NCBI GenBank assembly: GCA_964016885.1 | Contig: OZ024743.1 | Span: forward strand, 99,386,001-99,450,000 | Direction of reading: 5' to 3' | Source: Eledone cirrhosa | Lineage: Eukaryota | Length of the DNA stretch: 64,000 nucleotides | Shown: positions 12,500-25,526 of the stretch, in pieces | Position numbering within the stretch: position 1 is the stretch's first letter | Layout of the letters: every line of letters begins with the position of its first letter | The notes under the pieces: generated by a model | What the model saw: the letters and a program-made list of their open reading frames with translations, nothing else | The model's database searches: none | What the model was told of the DNA's origin: nothing | Program-made: the position numbers and the translations under genes

Positions 12500-15135
12500 T
12501 ATTTCAGCCCGCGAGCCTATGATGCAGTTGCGAGTGTTGAAATGATAACATCAAGGATAATGATAGCTACGTTTAACGGGAATCCTAAAACCACTGTAAT
12601 CTCTTGCTATAGTCCAACAAATGTATGTGACATGGCCGAAGTAGAGAGGTTTTACATGGAACTAACATCACTCACTAGACATATCCCGAAAGATAATGTT
12701 CTCATCATTGGCGGAGACTTCAACGCGCGTCTTGGACAGCTTGATGGATTCAAATTCTCATACCACTCACAAACCAATAGAAACGGTTGTATGCTAAAAG
12801 ATTACTTGTGTGAGAACAATTTACGATGTCTCAACGCCATATTCCAAAAAGACCAGGCCAGCGGTGGACACACAAATCTCCAAATGGCGACAAGACACAA
12901 CTGGATTACATCATAATCAATTGAAAATGGAAGAACAGTGCAAAAAACTGCAGAGCATATGACTCGTTTGTTAGTGTTGACTCGGATTATCGCATTGTCT
13001 CGGCCAAGATAGGATTAGGTCTCCGCGTGGATAAAAAGAAATCTGCAAATGCTACTCCTTACAACTGGGCAGTTCTGAATACCAATCTTGAGACTTACAA
13101 AACCTTTGTAACCCAACTGAGCAACCGATTTGCTGCCCTACAAGACTCTGCGCCAGCAAAATCGTCAAACTCTACATTTAACCACTTTCAAAGAGGCAGC
13201 GGCTGACACCATCCCTTTAAAACCCAAGGTTAAAAAACGAAAACCCTGGGAAACAGAGAGGATACGCCAAAAGCGCAAAGAGTTGCGAAAAGCTGCAGAA
13301 TTGAAAGACACTCAACGATCTCCAAAAAACATTAGTAGCTTCAATGCTGCTTGTACAGCACTGAAAAGTGAGTATGAAATTGAGCAAGCCGAATACATGC
13401 AGAGAAAGTTCAATCATATCTCGAGTACTGTCAGCAATAAGAGGTCTGCTGAAGCCTGGAAAACTGTCAATGAAATTAGTGGCAGAAAAAGTAGTGACAG
13501 AGCCAAACTGAAAGCCTCCAGCCAAGACGAACGTTTAAAACTGTGGCAACAACATTTTCAGAACCTACTTGGCAAAGCACCACAGATCATCGAAGAAGAA
13601 ATAATACCCGTTTTTACAGAGGAACACCAAATACAGAAAGGTTCTTTCACTATGGAGGAACTACAGAAGGCAGTGAAAAGTATTGGTAACGGAAAAGACC
13701 CAACGAGATCCCAGCTGAAGTGTGGAAGGTACCTGAATTTCACCCAATCCTACTAGAGTTGTGTAATGGTGTCTATAATCAAGACCCCATAGACAAATGG
13801 ACTGAGGGATGTATACTCCCTTTTCCCAAAAAGGGCGATCTTGGAATGGCTAAAAACTACTGTGGCATAACACTAATGGCAATTGCCGCAAAGATATACA
13901 ATCTCATGCTGTTTGACAGAATAAGACCTGTCATTGACCCCTTGCTGAGAAAAAACCAAAATGGCTTCCGCACCAACAGATCAAGGGCAAATACTTACAA
14001 TTCGGCGTATCTTGGAAGGCGTAAAAGCCAAAACCTCCCAGCAACTCTCCTGTTTATTGACTTTTCAAAAGCATTCGATTTCATCCATCGTGGGAGGACG
14101 AGAGAGATACTTCTAGCCTACGGCTTTCCAAAGGAAACAGTAAATGCCATCATGATGTTATATAAAAACACCCACGCAATGGTGCGCTCACCTGATGGAG
14201 ATACCAACTTTTTTGACATCATTGCAGGAGTACTCCAAGGGTACTCTTGCACCATATATTTTTATCATCTGCCTCGACTATGTATTGAGAAAAGCCCTGG
14301 ACGAAAACTTAGAGCTTGGTTTCACTCTCACGAAGCGAAAGTGTAGATGCCATGCAGCTCAGAAAATCACCGATGCTGACTATGCGGATGATTTAGCGGT
14401 CCTCGCTGACTACCTTAAGAATGCAACATCACTACTTCACAGTATCGAATCAGTTGCAAAGGAAATTGGACTCTATGTCAATGCAGCAAAACAGAATATA
14501 TTTGCGTGAACCAAGACTCCTCAGTTGGTATGCGAAGTCTAAACGGCGATATAATCAAGCAAGTTGACGACTTCAAATACTTGGGTAGCTATATCGCCTC
14601 CACAGAACATGATGTTAACATCAGACTGGGAAAAGCCTGGGGAGCATTGAATGCAATGGAAAAGATATGGAAATCAAACCTGCCGGCCAAACTGAAAAGG
14701 AATTTCTTCAGAGCTGCTGTGGAATCTGTGCTTGTTTATGGCTCTATCACTTGGACGCTAACGTCGAAACTGGAGAAAAAGCTAAATGGGGCATACACAC
14801 GTATGCTCCGCGCTGCTTTAAATGTGTCTTGGAGGGAACACCCAACAAATAAGGGTCTCTATGGCAATATACCACCTATCAGCAGGTCAATACGTGGACA
14901 GAGACTCAGATTTTCTGGCCACTGTTGGCGCAGCAAGGAAGAAATAGCAGGTGGTGTGTTGTTATGGAGTCCATCTCATGGAGCAAGAAACGCTAGTCGT
15001 CCCAAGAAGACATATGTCAAGCAACTTGAGGATGATACTGGATGCACTGCAGAAGAACTGGCAAACGCTATGAGAGACAGATGAATGGAGGAAACGTGTC
15101 ATAGAAGGCCGAGCACGCTCGACCTGATGATGATA
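12500..15135 (+). mobile_element. 5'-truncated, frameshifted RTE-group LINE (APE endonuclease + RT pseudogene)
   Basis: APE motifs SCYSPT and GGDFNA; RT motifs QNGFR, FIDFSKAFD, GVLQG, YADD and FKYLGS spread over five ORF pieces. (TGA)n tail; (TA)n on both sides. Confidence 0.92.
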
Positions 15136-15344
15136 TATATATATATATCACTATGATGTTGATGATGTATATATATATATCACTACTAACCATCAGAGCT
15201 CATTATACTACCACCCCTTATCTTCTAAAGGGTTGAAGCAATCTAGGGACCTTTGAAATACAATTGAATGCTCCCTTAATACCAATAAGTCAGTTAGGCA
15301 TGATCTATATGGTTACTTGATAGGCTAGAAATAGCAGTCAAACC

Positions 15345-15625
15345 GCTATTACAAACACCACCACCACAACAATCGCCACCGTCCCTGCCACCACTACCAT
15401 TGCAACCACAACTACCACAACCACCACCACTACCATCACCACCACCACAACCACGACCACCACAACTACCACCACCACAACAACCACCACCACCACCACC
15501 ACCACCACAACCACCACCACCACTACAACCACCACCACCACTACCACCACAACCACCACCACAACCGCAACCACCCCACCCCTGCTACCACAACCACCAC
15601 CACCACTACCACTGACAACAACAAA
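15345..15625. repeat. Imperfect (CCA/CAA/CTA)n trinucleotide microsatellite
   Basis: Seen directly; explains the poly-P and poly-V ORFs. Confidence 0.95.
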
Positions 15626-15999
15626 AACCGGTCAGCTATGACATGTAGGAATGTGCATGAATGGTTATTGAAATTACATAGAAGAAAATTATGATAGAAA
15701 GAAGGAAAGAGTTCTGAAGAAGAGATGTCTCAGCAAAGAAGAGATTCTGTCATTGTCAGAGAATACAGATGAAGTTGAAGATTTTGGAGTAGTAAGAAGT
15801 AAACTAGATGAAATTAAGACTATTTATCTATCATGTTATGTAGACATACACTCAGGTCTTTGATAAAAACCTATCACCTTTAACATACATTTAATCTTAA
15901 GCAATCAAACTGACTTCCTCTGTTAGAATAAACTAGAACTCTCTTATCTATGTAACCATCTTACAATCAATAATTAGGGTAGAAATAATTCCTGAAATA

Positions 16000-16455
16000 T
16001 TATAATAATAATAATAATGAAAATATTGTGTACAGTGCTCAGGTGCACTACAACTCGTCAAAGGTGCATGTATAGTACATAGAATAATATACAAATGTCA
16101 GGGAAGTGAATGTGTATAAGTCATGATATATATGTGTGTATGTGTATGGAGGGGGAACATTAGGTGTAGTGTTGGCGAATCTCAGGAAGCATGGAGGCCT
16201 TAAAGGATGCAGAGTCTCGACAGCTAACAACTGATGTAGGTAGTTTGTTCCATGCTTCAGCAACTCTGAGCGTGAAAAAATGTTTCCGAAAGTCATGGGA
16301 GCTATGCTGTTTTCTGACTTTGTGGGCATGCCCAACTGTGTTAGACACATGGAAATCAAAAAGGTGCTCAGGGCTGTTGTTGGCAAGATGGTTAATAATT
16401 TTGTCGGTGTTTAGCAAGTCAGTTGCCAGGCGTCGGAGCTTCAATGTATCCATAT
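16000..16455 (-). mobile_element. CR1-group LINE 3' fragment
   Basis: ORF 16160-16453 has LKLRRLATDL...GHAHKVRK...RKHFFTLRVAEAWNKLP, typical of CR1-group ORF2 C-termini; (TTA)n tail. Confidence 0.82.
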
Positions 16456-16481
16456 TGTGTATGATGTGGGGGTGTGGGCGG

Positions 16482-16512
<31 letters not shown>

Positions 16513-16804
16513 TGTGTGTGTGAGTGTGTGAGTGTGGATGTGTAGGGGACTGTGTTTGTGTGTGTGTGTTTGTATGTCTCCCGTGTGTATGTGTTTGTGT
16601 TTTTCTGTGTCCCTGTATGTGTGTGTGTGCTTGTATAGTGTGGAACCAAATTTTGTTTGAGCTTTCTAGAAGATATAAGGTGGCAGTATGATTTGAACAT
16701 TGGGTTAGCGCAGATAATCATGAAGGAGATTATGATGAAGTGTATGCATATCCGTGTGTGTGTTTGCTTATGTATATATATATATATATGTGTGTGTGTG
16801 TGAG

Positions 16805-17130
16805 TGAGGTACATGGCTTTGTGGTTAGGGTATTCAGCTCACAACCATAAGGTCATGAATTTCATTCCCGGCGGCACGTTGTGTCCTTGAGCAAGACACT
16901 TTATTTCAAGATACTCAAGTCCACTCAGCTGGCAATAATGAGTTGTACCTGTAATTCGAAGGGCCAGCCTTGTCACATTCTGTGTCACACTGAATCTCCC
17001 TGAGAACTATGTTAAGGGTATGCATGTCTGTGGAATGCTCAGCCACTTGCATATTAATTTCAGGAGCAGGCTGTTCCATTGATTATATCAACTGGAACAC
17101 TTGTCGTCATAACCGACAAAGTGCCATCAA
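16805..17130 (+). mobile_element. tRNA-derived SINE, family B
   Basis: tRNA-like head ATGGCTTTGTGGTTAGG, core GTGTCCTTGAGCAAGACACTTTAT; several homologous copies in the window. Confidence 0.75.
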
Positions 17131-17579
17131 TCGATATATATATATAATAAAATGAAAATTATTGTGTACAGTGCTCAGGTGCACTACAACATAAGTGTGA
17201 GGAGCATAGGGACAATTTATAGTGATCAACTATTGCAGTTAGTGGCATGCACACATTTCAAATTTTTCCAATGCTTTTTAAGTCAACAGCTTTGTTTATA
17301 CTTCTAGCTACATGCTAAAAATCTAAAAAGACAGAACTGGTGATCAGCAGCTATTTAGCATAGTGGTTAACAAACTCACTCAGCATACTAAAGATGTGGA
17401 GTTCAATACCTTGAAGGTTTCCTTATCGATTTTTTCATCTCAAGTTGTACTTTACCTGATTTTGTCAACTGGGGCTGATAAAATAAAGCACCAGTAATGT
17501 ACTGGGGTCAATTTAATCCACTTTCCCATCCCCTCAAAACTGTTGGCCTTGTACCTAAATCAAAAACCATTATTTATAA

Positions 17580-17772
17580 ACGGCGGATTGGCAGTATCGG
17601 TAGAGGGTCGGACACCATGCTTTGACGCATAGAGTTACGGCCCTTGCCATTCTGTGTTCAAATCTCGCTGAGGTTAACTTTGCCTTTCATCCTTAGGAGG
17701 TCGATAAAATAAAGTACCAGTAATGTACTGGGTAATTGCTGGCTTTGTGCCAATAGTAGAAACAATTATTTA
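17580..17772 (+). mobile_element. tRNA-derived SINE, family A (full length)
   Basis: GGCGGATTGGCAGTATCGGTAG head, GTTCAAATC B box, GCCTTTCATCCTT..GGTCGATAAAATAAAGTACCAG central domain (resembles the Meta/Sauria-SINE domain as recalled), ATT tail. Confidence 0.88.
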
Positions 17773-18019
17773 TAATGATTGACTAATATTATAGATGGTA
17801 ATTTACTTTGGGATACACACATTTCAAACTTCCCATAGGTATGTCATGGTAAATAGGCATTACATATAATGTTTTGTACCTGTTGTAAATATATACAGGG
17901 AGCAGCCATTGAAGAAACAACACTGTTTGACTGGCCCCATGTATCATGAAAATAATTTTTTTTGGGGGGGTTTCCAAAATTTAAAGGTTTCTTTGGAACT
18001 TTCAATGTTTATTTTAGGT

Positions 18020-18085
18020 TTTGCCGTCTGAAGAGCTCAGGCTATCTAAACTGATAGTCCTTAGTGAAATATGTATAACAGAGTT
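18020..18085 (+). ncRNA. Degenerate type-I minimal hammerhead ribozyme (Penelope-like remnant)
   Basis: CTGAAGA at 18028-18034, stem II GCT.AGG-CTATC/GATAG-CCT.AGT, GAAA at 18066-18069, near-palindromic ATATGTAT plus A. Stem I partly decayed. Confidence 0.5.
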
Positions 18086-18252
18086 TTAAATAAACCTGAA
18101 TCAACTCAATATGGCCTCCAATCTTTTATTAATATATAATGCTCCAACTTGCACCATTTATACAGGTTGTTGAGTCCTTCTTTTTACCTGCTTCGCAACC
18201 GACAGAACATAATGTGGTCCGCACATCTCTGTTCAGTTAACTCCATACTCTA

Positions 18253-18289
<37 letters not shown>

Positions 18290-18293
<4 letters not shown>

Positions 18294-19300
18294 CGGTCAC
18301 GTGATGTGCATGAAAGACGACAGCTGTATAAAAAAGTGCAGGGCGATAAAAATAGACGGTAGCCACGGAGTAGGCAGACCCAGAAAAACCTGAGACGACT
18401 TGATAAATTCCAACCTCACACACTTACACCTCTCCAAGACAATGTCACTGGACCGAGATCTTTGGCGCTACACAGTCATACAGAAGACCCGCCTTGCCTA
18501 AGTACAAAGCGAAACCTACAGTCAGTAGGCACCTCTAACAAAATACACCCCCGTCCCACTGCCCCTACCCCATCCACACCAGCCCCTTAAATGTGAAGTT
18601 ATGTTGGTACCACAACATCCAGTCCGAAAGAAATGAGGTCATGTAGGTGTCACGACAAAAAAAAAACACACAGTCCACGCTGTAATGTGGCCATGTAGGT
18701 AACACGGTAAAAACCTCCGAGTCCACACTGTAAACGTGGTTGGTGTTGGGAAGGGCACCCAGCCGTAGAAAACCCGCCAGACGTGTAGGTGTCACGACAA
18801 AAAAACACACAGTCCACGCTGTAATGTGGCCATGTAGGTAACACGGTAAAAACCTCCCAGTCCACACTGTAAACGTGGTTGGTGTTGGGAGGGCACCCAG
18901 CCATAGAAAACCCGCCAGACGTGTAGGTGTCAAGACAAAAAAAACACACAGTCCACGCTGTAATGTGGCCGTGTAGGTAACACACGGTAAAAACCTCCAG
19001 TCCACACTGTAAATGTGGTTGGTGTTAAGAAGGGTACCCAGCCGTAGAAAACCCGCCAGACATGTAGGTGTCACGACAAAAAAACACACAGTCCACGCTG
19101 TAATGTGGCCGTGTAGGTAACACGGTAAAAACCTCCAGTCCACACTGTTAACGTGGTTGGTGTTAGGAAGGGCATCAAGCCGTAGAAAACCCGCCAGACA
19201 GTCCTATACGAGCAGGACAGCCAATCTTGCCTCAAGTGGGAAAACTCCGGTTCAAACCCATGCTAGCGTGGAAGACAGGCGTTAAACGATGATGATGATG
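18290..19300 (+). mobile_element. RTE LINE 3' fragment with tandemly expanded 3' UTR
   Basis: C-terminal RTE coding remnant, ~4.5 copies of a ~120-bp UTR unit (18640-19200), (GAT)n tail, (TA)n at the 5' junction. Confidence 0.88.
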
Positions 19301-19840
19301 TATGTATGTAAAAGGTAAACAGAAATAATAACACAATCGGTACAGTATATGGAAGGGATATATTAGGTTAACGCTTGATATAGCAGGAAGAGGGTCTTAA
19401 AGTTTCGGACGCTAGACCTTCATCAGAAGAAAGAATGAGAAATAAAATAGATTGAGGGGACGGGGGTGGGATGGAATTGGAAAAAATGCCTTTAGATAAA
19501 AATAACAGGTCCATTCATGTTGACATCTCTTGCAAAGTCGTTAGGATGTCAGATAGAATGCTTTACCGTATTTGTCCCACCTCATTGCGTGCTCTGAGTT
19601 CAAATCCTGCTAAGGTCAACTTTGCCTTTCATCCTTTCGGGGAATTTAAAAAAAGTACCAGTGCAGTACTGGGGTCGATTTTTCCTCTATCGAAAAATTT
19701 GGCTGTGTTCAGACCTAAAAGAGGGTTGGACTCCGACAGTTTAAAAAGTACCCTAGACATACTGTATGATGGTGCCTTTACAACTACACAAGGAGTTATG
19801 GCATCTTTATCCTTTATATATATATATATATATACACACA

Positions 19841-19872
<32 letters not shown>

Positions 19873-20029
19873 CATATATATACATGTGTATAATGGTAGC
19901 TATGGTGCTTCCATAGGCGGTATGCCAAAATTAGCACTCAATATTCATACAGAGCAGAATGTGAATAGTATAAAAAAACGAAAAATCAGTGATGCATCTG
20001 GACTCAGTTTATTGCGTGTTACAATTGTG

Positions 20030-20980
20030 TCGCCGGCAGGTAGCTCGAGACATGATCATTGCATGGATCTGGCTGATTCTACGGCTGCAGGTTCCTTCGG
20101 ATCTTATGGATCAAATTTTCTCACTGGGGTGTTATGGTAAAAAAACACCTTCAAAAACATCTTCCACTCTTGCCATGCCATTGGCTGTTGTTTTTCTATG
20201 TCATCATAAGTTCTGGTCACTATTTACTGCTACACTGGCCATCAGCCATTTTTCGTCCGACACACTTCAATGGAGCCATGCTGGATTTGGTATCTCACAC
20301 GTCTGTTCACACCCCCGAGTGTGAATCCACATATACACACACACACATACACACGCATGCATGCATACACATATGTATGCATACATGTGTAGACACACAT
20401 GTCCCCATGCACATATATACACACACACACTCTCCCTCTCTTACACATACCCAAGTACACCCACATACCGACCACCACCTGCCTAAACAGCCCCTTACAT
20501 CCAGGCTCACAGGCACGCATACACGCACACACGCGTAGAGACACACGCACACACATACAAAAACATATATCGGCGTTCAGGCACATCTGCACATATATAC
20601 ACACACACTCACAGACATGTACATATATACACACACGCACATACACGCATATCCTTATGGATAGGCATCAAGGACAGACACACTTTCAAAGACATAAGCA
20701 CACATACACACCTATACATATATCTACACACAAGTACATGTACCCGCATATAAACACATAGACAAACCCTGTCCTATGTGCGTGTACATACGCACACCCC
20801 ACTGACAGATACACACACCATATATATATATATATGTGTGTCTACATAGACACACACACATATACACACGCATGCAGACATACACGCATACACATATACA
20901 TATATGTATAAGCACACATATATATATACACACATACATGTATATACACACATACACATACATACTTATACACACATATA
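20030..20980 (+). repeat. Left arm of ~1 kb inverted duplication (partner 22740-23871)
   Basis: TCGCCGGCAGGTAGCTCGAGACATG... matches the reverse complement ending at 23871, through both unique and CA/TA-rich parts. Confidence 0.9.
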
Positions 20981-22038
20981 TGTATATTTATTTTACGGTT
21001 TTGTTTATCTATGTATATGTGCAAGCTCTATGTGTTTGGCTATACATCTAGTCCCCTTAGGTCTATGTGATGCTGCTGTCGGTGCTGTACCACTACATCC
21101 AGGCCGGGTGTGCTCTCTGGCGGGTGCCACGGCCATACGTGTCGTTATCCTGTCCCTAGTCCCAGTTGCCGCGGAGCATGCAGTGAGCATGCCAGGCCTA
21201 TGTCTCCGGGTACTGGCTGGTCTGTCTCCTATGGGTGCCTTTGTCTTTCCTACAGTCGGTCCTGTGTCATTAATTTTAGCTGTGTTGCTATTTGTGTTCC
21301 TAGAGACTGCTACCGGGTCATTTCTTCTACCTATGGGAGCACCCCCACTATAACCGACGAACAAGTACCACAAAATCTTCAACAAAATCTTGTTTGTTCC
21401 ATATACATACATACACGGACCTGTATGTAGTATATCACATGAACACACGTACCTTCTCCTTTACCCCCCCTCTTTTTTTGTATTTCTTTGTGAAGTTATA
21501 TACAGATTTTAATGTATTTTAACATATTGTAAATTTATTTTATTTTATTATCTTATTGCTTTTATGTGTGTTTATGTGTAGACCTGTGCGTATGTATATG
21601 TATGTGTGTGTGTACGTGGAGATATATATATTCGTGTGTGTGTGTGGGGGGGGGGGGGGTATGTGTGCATGTGTACATATATGCATGAGTTTATATATGC
21701 ATGCATGTACAGGTGTGTATATATATGTATATATATATATATATAGCTGTGTATGAGTACGTGTGTGTATGTGGGTGCGTATGTATGTATGTGTGTGTAT
21801 GTATGTATATATAGGTCTATGTATATATTCTATGATGATGATGATGATGATGTGTGTACATCTCACAGGAATGTGTGCGGATGGATTATATATTCATTTT
21901 ATTATGTATTATTTTATCATATATCTATTATATATATATATCTATTTTATATATATATATAACGAAGGAAATGTGGTAAGGAACCAGGTGGACCATAACG
22001 CACCAAAGTACTCAATACTTAGGGTAGTAGAGTGGGTA

Positions 22039-22156
22039 ATAGGAACGAGTAGGACCCCGATGGCTTAGCTCAAGCCGTTTCGACGGCTAATTCTGGACTC
22101 AGAATTAGCCGTTGAAACGGCTTGAGCTCAGCCGTCGGGGTCCTACTCGTTCCTAT
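22039..22156. repeat. ~118-nt fold-back palindrome containing hammerhead 3' half
   Basis: ATAGGAACGAGTAGGACCCCG...ATTCT-GGACTC-AGAAT...CGGGGTCCTACTCGTTCCTAT; contains GAAA-CGGCT-loop-AGCCG-TC. Confidence 0.9.
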
Positions 22157-22451
22157 ATATATATATATATATATATGAAAAGTGTAATTTACTACACAAA
22201 ACGAAGGTTATTGCTTCCACCCCCTCACGACCAGCAGCTGGCCATCTGGCCATTGCTAAATCTGACCTTTATAAAATAACCCACACCCCCAAATAACTTC
22301 TCATTCACTACCAGAAAGGCACACAGCAGTCAACTTGCTGCTACCAAGATGAAAACTACTTTGAAATCCCACAATGAATTTTATACTTGAATTTTCAAAT
22401 CTCAAATTTTAACTCTTCTTATTATTAATTTTTCTTAATATTAATCAACAT

Positions 22452-22497
22452 TTGAAAAGATGGCTTTTGCAGACCCATCGAAACCGGTCATTTTTTA
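22452..22497 (+). ncRNA. Decayed minimal hammerhead motif (Penelope-like)
   Basis: TTGAAAA in place of CTGAnGA, stem II GATGG/CCATC, GAAA-CCGG-TC with palindromic ACCGGT. Confidence 0.4.
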
Positions 22498-22594
22498 TAC
22501 CCTTTATTATTTCCTTACCTTATAAAATTATGTTTTTTCACAAAAAAGTATTCTGTCTCTTATATATTCCATGTGCCATTACCAACCTCAATTT

Positions 22595-22626
<32 letters not shown>

Positions 22627-22739
22627 ATATTGTACACTATATTGTTATTTTAATGTATATTGTATTTTTATTGTATATTGTATATTTATTTTACGTTTTT
22701 TTTTATATATGTATATGTGCAAGCTTGTGTGTGTAAGTA

Positions 22740-23871
22740 CATATGCATATGTGCATGTATGTGCATGTGGGTGTCCGTGTGCGTATGTGTATATATATAT
22801 GTATATGTGTATATATATATATGTATGTATATAAAGATATGCGTAGGTATATGTGTGTGCGTATGTGTGTGTATATGTGTATGTTTGTGTGTGTATACAC
22901 ATATAGACATGTGTGTATAAGTATGCATGTGTATGTGTGTATATACATGTATGTCTGTATATATGTGTGTGTATACATATATGTGTATGTGTGTATGTCT
23001 GCATGCGTGTGTATATGTGTGTATATATATATGTACACACACATATATATATGGTGCGTGTATCTGTCAGTGGGTGTGTGTGTGCGTACATACACCCACA
23101 TAGGACAGGGTCTGTCTATGTGTTTATATGCGGGTACATGTACTTGTGTGTAGATATATGTATAGGTGTGTGTATGTGCGTGTATGTGTGCTTATGTCTT
23201 TGAAAGTGTGTCTGTCTTTGATGCCTATCCATAAGGATATGCGTGTATGTGCGTGTGTGTATATATGTACGTGTCTGTGAGTGTTTGTGTATATATGTGC
23301 AGATGTGCCCGAACACCGATATATGTCTTTGTATGTGTGTGCGTGTGTGTCTACGCGTGTATGCGTGTGAGACCAGATGTAAGGAGCTGTTTAGGCAAGT
23401 GCCAATAGGCAGGTGGTGGTCGGTATGTGGGTGTAGTTGGGTATGTGTAAGAGAGGGAGAGTGTGTGTGTGTGTATATATGTGCATGGGGGTATGTGTGT
23501 CTACACATGTGTATGCATGCATGTGTGTGCCTGCGCGTGTGTATGTGTGTGTGCGTATATGTGGATTCACACTCGGGAGTGTGAACAGACGTGTGAGATA
23601 CCAAATCCAGCATGGCTCCATTGAAGTGTGTCGGACGAAAAATGGCTGATGGCCAGTGTAGCAGTAAATAGTGACCAGAATTTATGATGACATAGAAAAA
23701 CAACAGTCAATGGCATGGCAAGAGTGGAAGATGTTTTTTGAAGGTGTTTTTTGACCATAACACCCCGGTGAGAAAATTTGATCCATAAGAATTGCATGTG
23801 TCCGAAGGAACCTGCAGCCGTAGAATCAGCCAGATCCATACAGTGATCATGTCTCGAGCTACCTGCCGGCG
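22740..23871 (-). repeat. Right arm of ~1 kb inverted duplication
   Basis: Reverse complement of 20030-20980 with small indels. Confidence 0.9.
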
Positions 23872-23944
23872 AATAGAATAGAAAAGACAAACACAGAGAT
23901 GCAAATGTATATGTGTATATACAGAGAGAGAGAAAGAGAGAGAG

Positions 23945-23999
<55 letters not shown>

Positions 24000-24620
24000 A
24001 AAGTGATAGTCAGATACTTTGAGTTTCTAGAAAGTAAGCTCAAACATTATTATATCTGAGTTCAAATCCTGCCGAGGTTAACTTTGCCTTTCATCCTTAC
24101 GGGGTCGATAAAATAAAGTACCAGTAATACACTGGAATAATTGCTGGCCTTGTGCCAAAAGTAGCAACAATTATTATGCAAATACCAATATTTTGAAATA
24201 AAGCAACCACATCAACAACAACAGTGGCAGTAAAACAACAAACAAGCAACAACATCAAAAATACGTATTATTTTTTAGAAAAGACATTTAGTAGCAGTGT
24301 CTCGATACCATCTGGTGCCATACATGTGATTTTTCAGTGACTGATTTGATTTATTTTCTAATATCTTACATTCAAGAATTGAAATAGTCAAATAAAATAT
24401 AAAATATCAGAGGAATATTGGTGAAATAAATGTCAGTTCTTTTTATAATTATCATTATGAGAAGAATGGTGGTTATAAGAACAAGGAGAGCAGCAAATAA
24501 ATTGAATTATGTCCCTTGGATCATCAACATCATCATAATTGCCATGGCTACTGCTGCTCCATCACCACCATCACCACCACCATCATCATCACCATTATCA
24601 TAATTGCCATGGCTGCTGCT

Positions 24621-24651
<31 letters not shown>

Positions 24652-25309
24652 TCATTGAACATCTGTTTTTCTTACTAACAAGATTTGGATGAGTTGTCAC
24701 AGACCAAGTCAGTACTTGTACCCCATCTTGCTTACCACATCTTGCTTACCACATCTTACTCTACTACACTCTACAAAGTGTACTGGAGGCATTTTATCAT
24801 GGCACCAGCAGTAGGAAGGTTGTCATGACTTTGACACAGCTGAGGAATCCTCTCAACCCTTTGTTTGGCAAGTTTTCTTCAGCTGAATGCCTTTCTTATC
24901 ACCAACCCCTATAAAATGTTTACAGGGTGTGTAGATCATCAGCACTAGAGATTTCCTCAACCCTTTTTGAAATGGTTTCTCCAGCTGTATGTACTTCATA
25001 TCCCCAACCTCAATGCAGGGTGTAGTAGGTGCATTTTTCATGTTGCTCTGTGATACCTGGAGAATTATCTTAACCCTTTTTGGCATGATTTCTACAGCTG
25101 GATGTCCTTCCTATAAAGGGTGCAATGAGCACATTTTTCATGGTACCAACACTTTGCCGGCTTTGTGACTAAAAAAAAAACATCATGATATTGTAAACAT
25201 ATTTTGGAGATCGAACCCATCTCACTTCCATGCAGTGGTCCTCGGCAAAGTATTTGTTATAATGCTTTGCTAACAAGGCTCTGTGTATGAAAAAATATGT
25301 TGATAAATG

Positions 25310-25436
25310 ATAATGATATTTACATGCGTTAACACATATATGTCATAATGATATTCACATGCGTTAACACATATGTGTCATAATGATATTCACATGCGTT
25401 AACATATGTCATAATGATATTCACATGCGTTAACAT
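25310..25436. repeat. ~30-35-bp tandem repeat, ~4 copies
   Basis: ATAATGATATTCACATGCGTTAACA(CATAT)GTC units. Confidence 0.85.
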
Positions 25437-25526
25437 AAGTCATAACTGCTGATCACATATTTGCTGACCATCAGACATGATGTGGCATGAAAAGAAGAAG
25501 AAACATATTTTGAAAATTTGACTTAC

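Noticed and set aside
15338-15615. Poly-Val and poly-Pro ORFs
   Set aside because: Translation of a (CCA)n microsatellite.
18565-19143. 192-aa repetitive ORF
   Set aside because: Antisense reading of tandem RTE 3' UTR units.
22200-22440. Possible GIY-YIG endonuclease remnant upstream of a decayed hammerhead
   Set aside because: Only vague peptide resemblance across broken frames; not supportable without a profile search.
19629-23700. Many His/Thr/Tyr- or Cys/Val/Met-rich ORFs
   Set aside because: Translations of CA/TA dinucleotide mosaics.
25471-25526. C-terminal extension of the 77-aa ORF
   Set aside because: Lies past the GTAAGT donor at 25526, so it is intron read-through.
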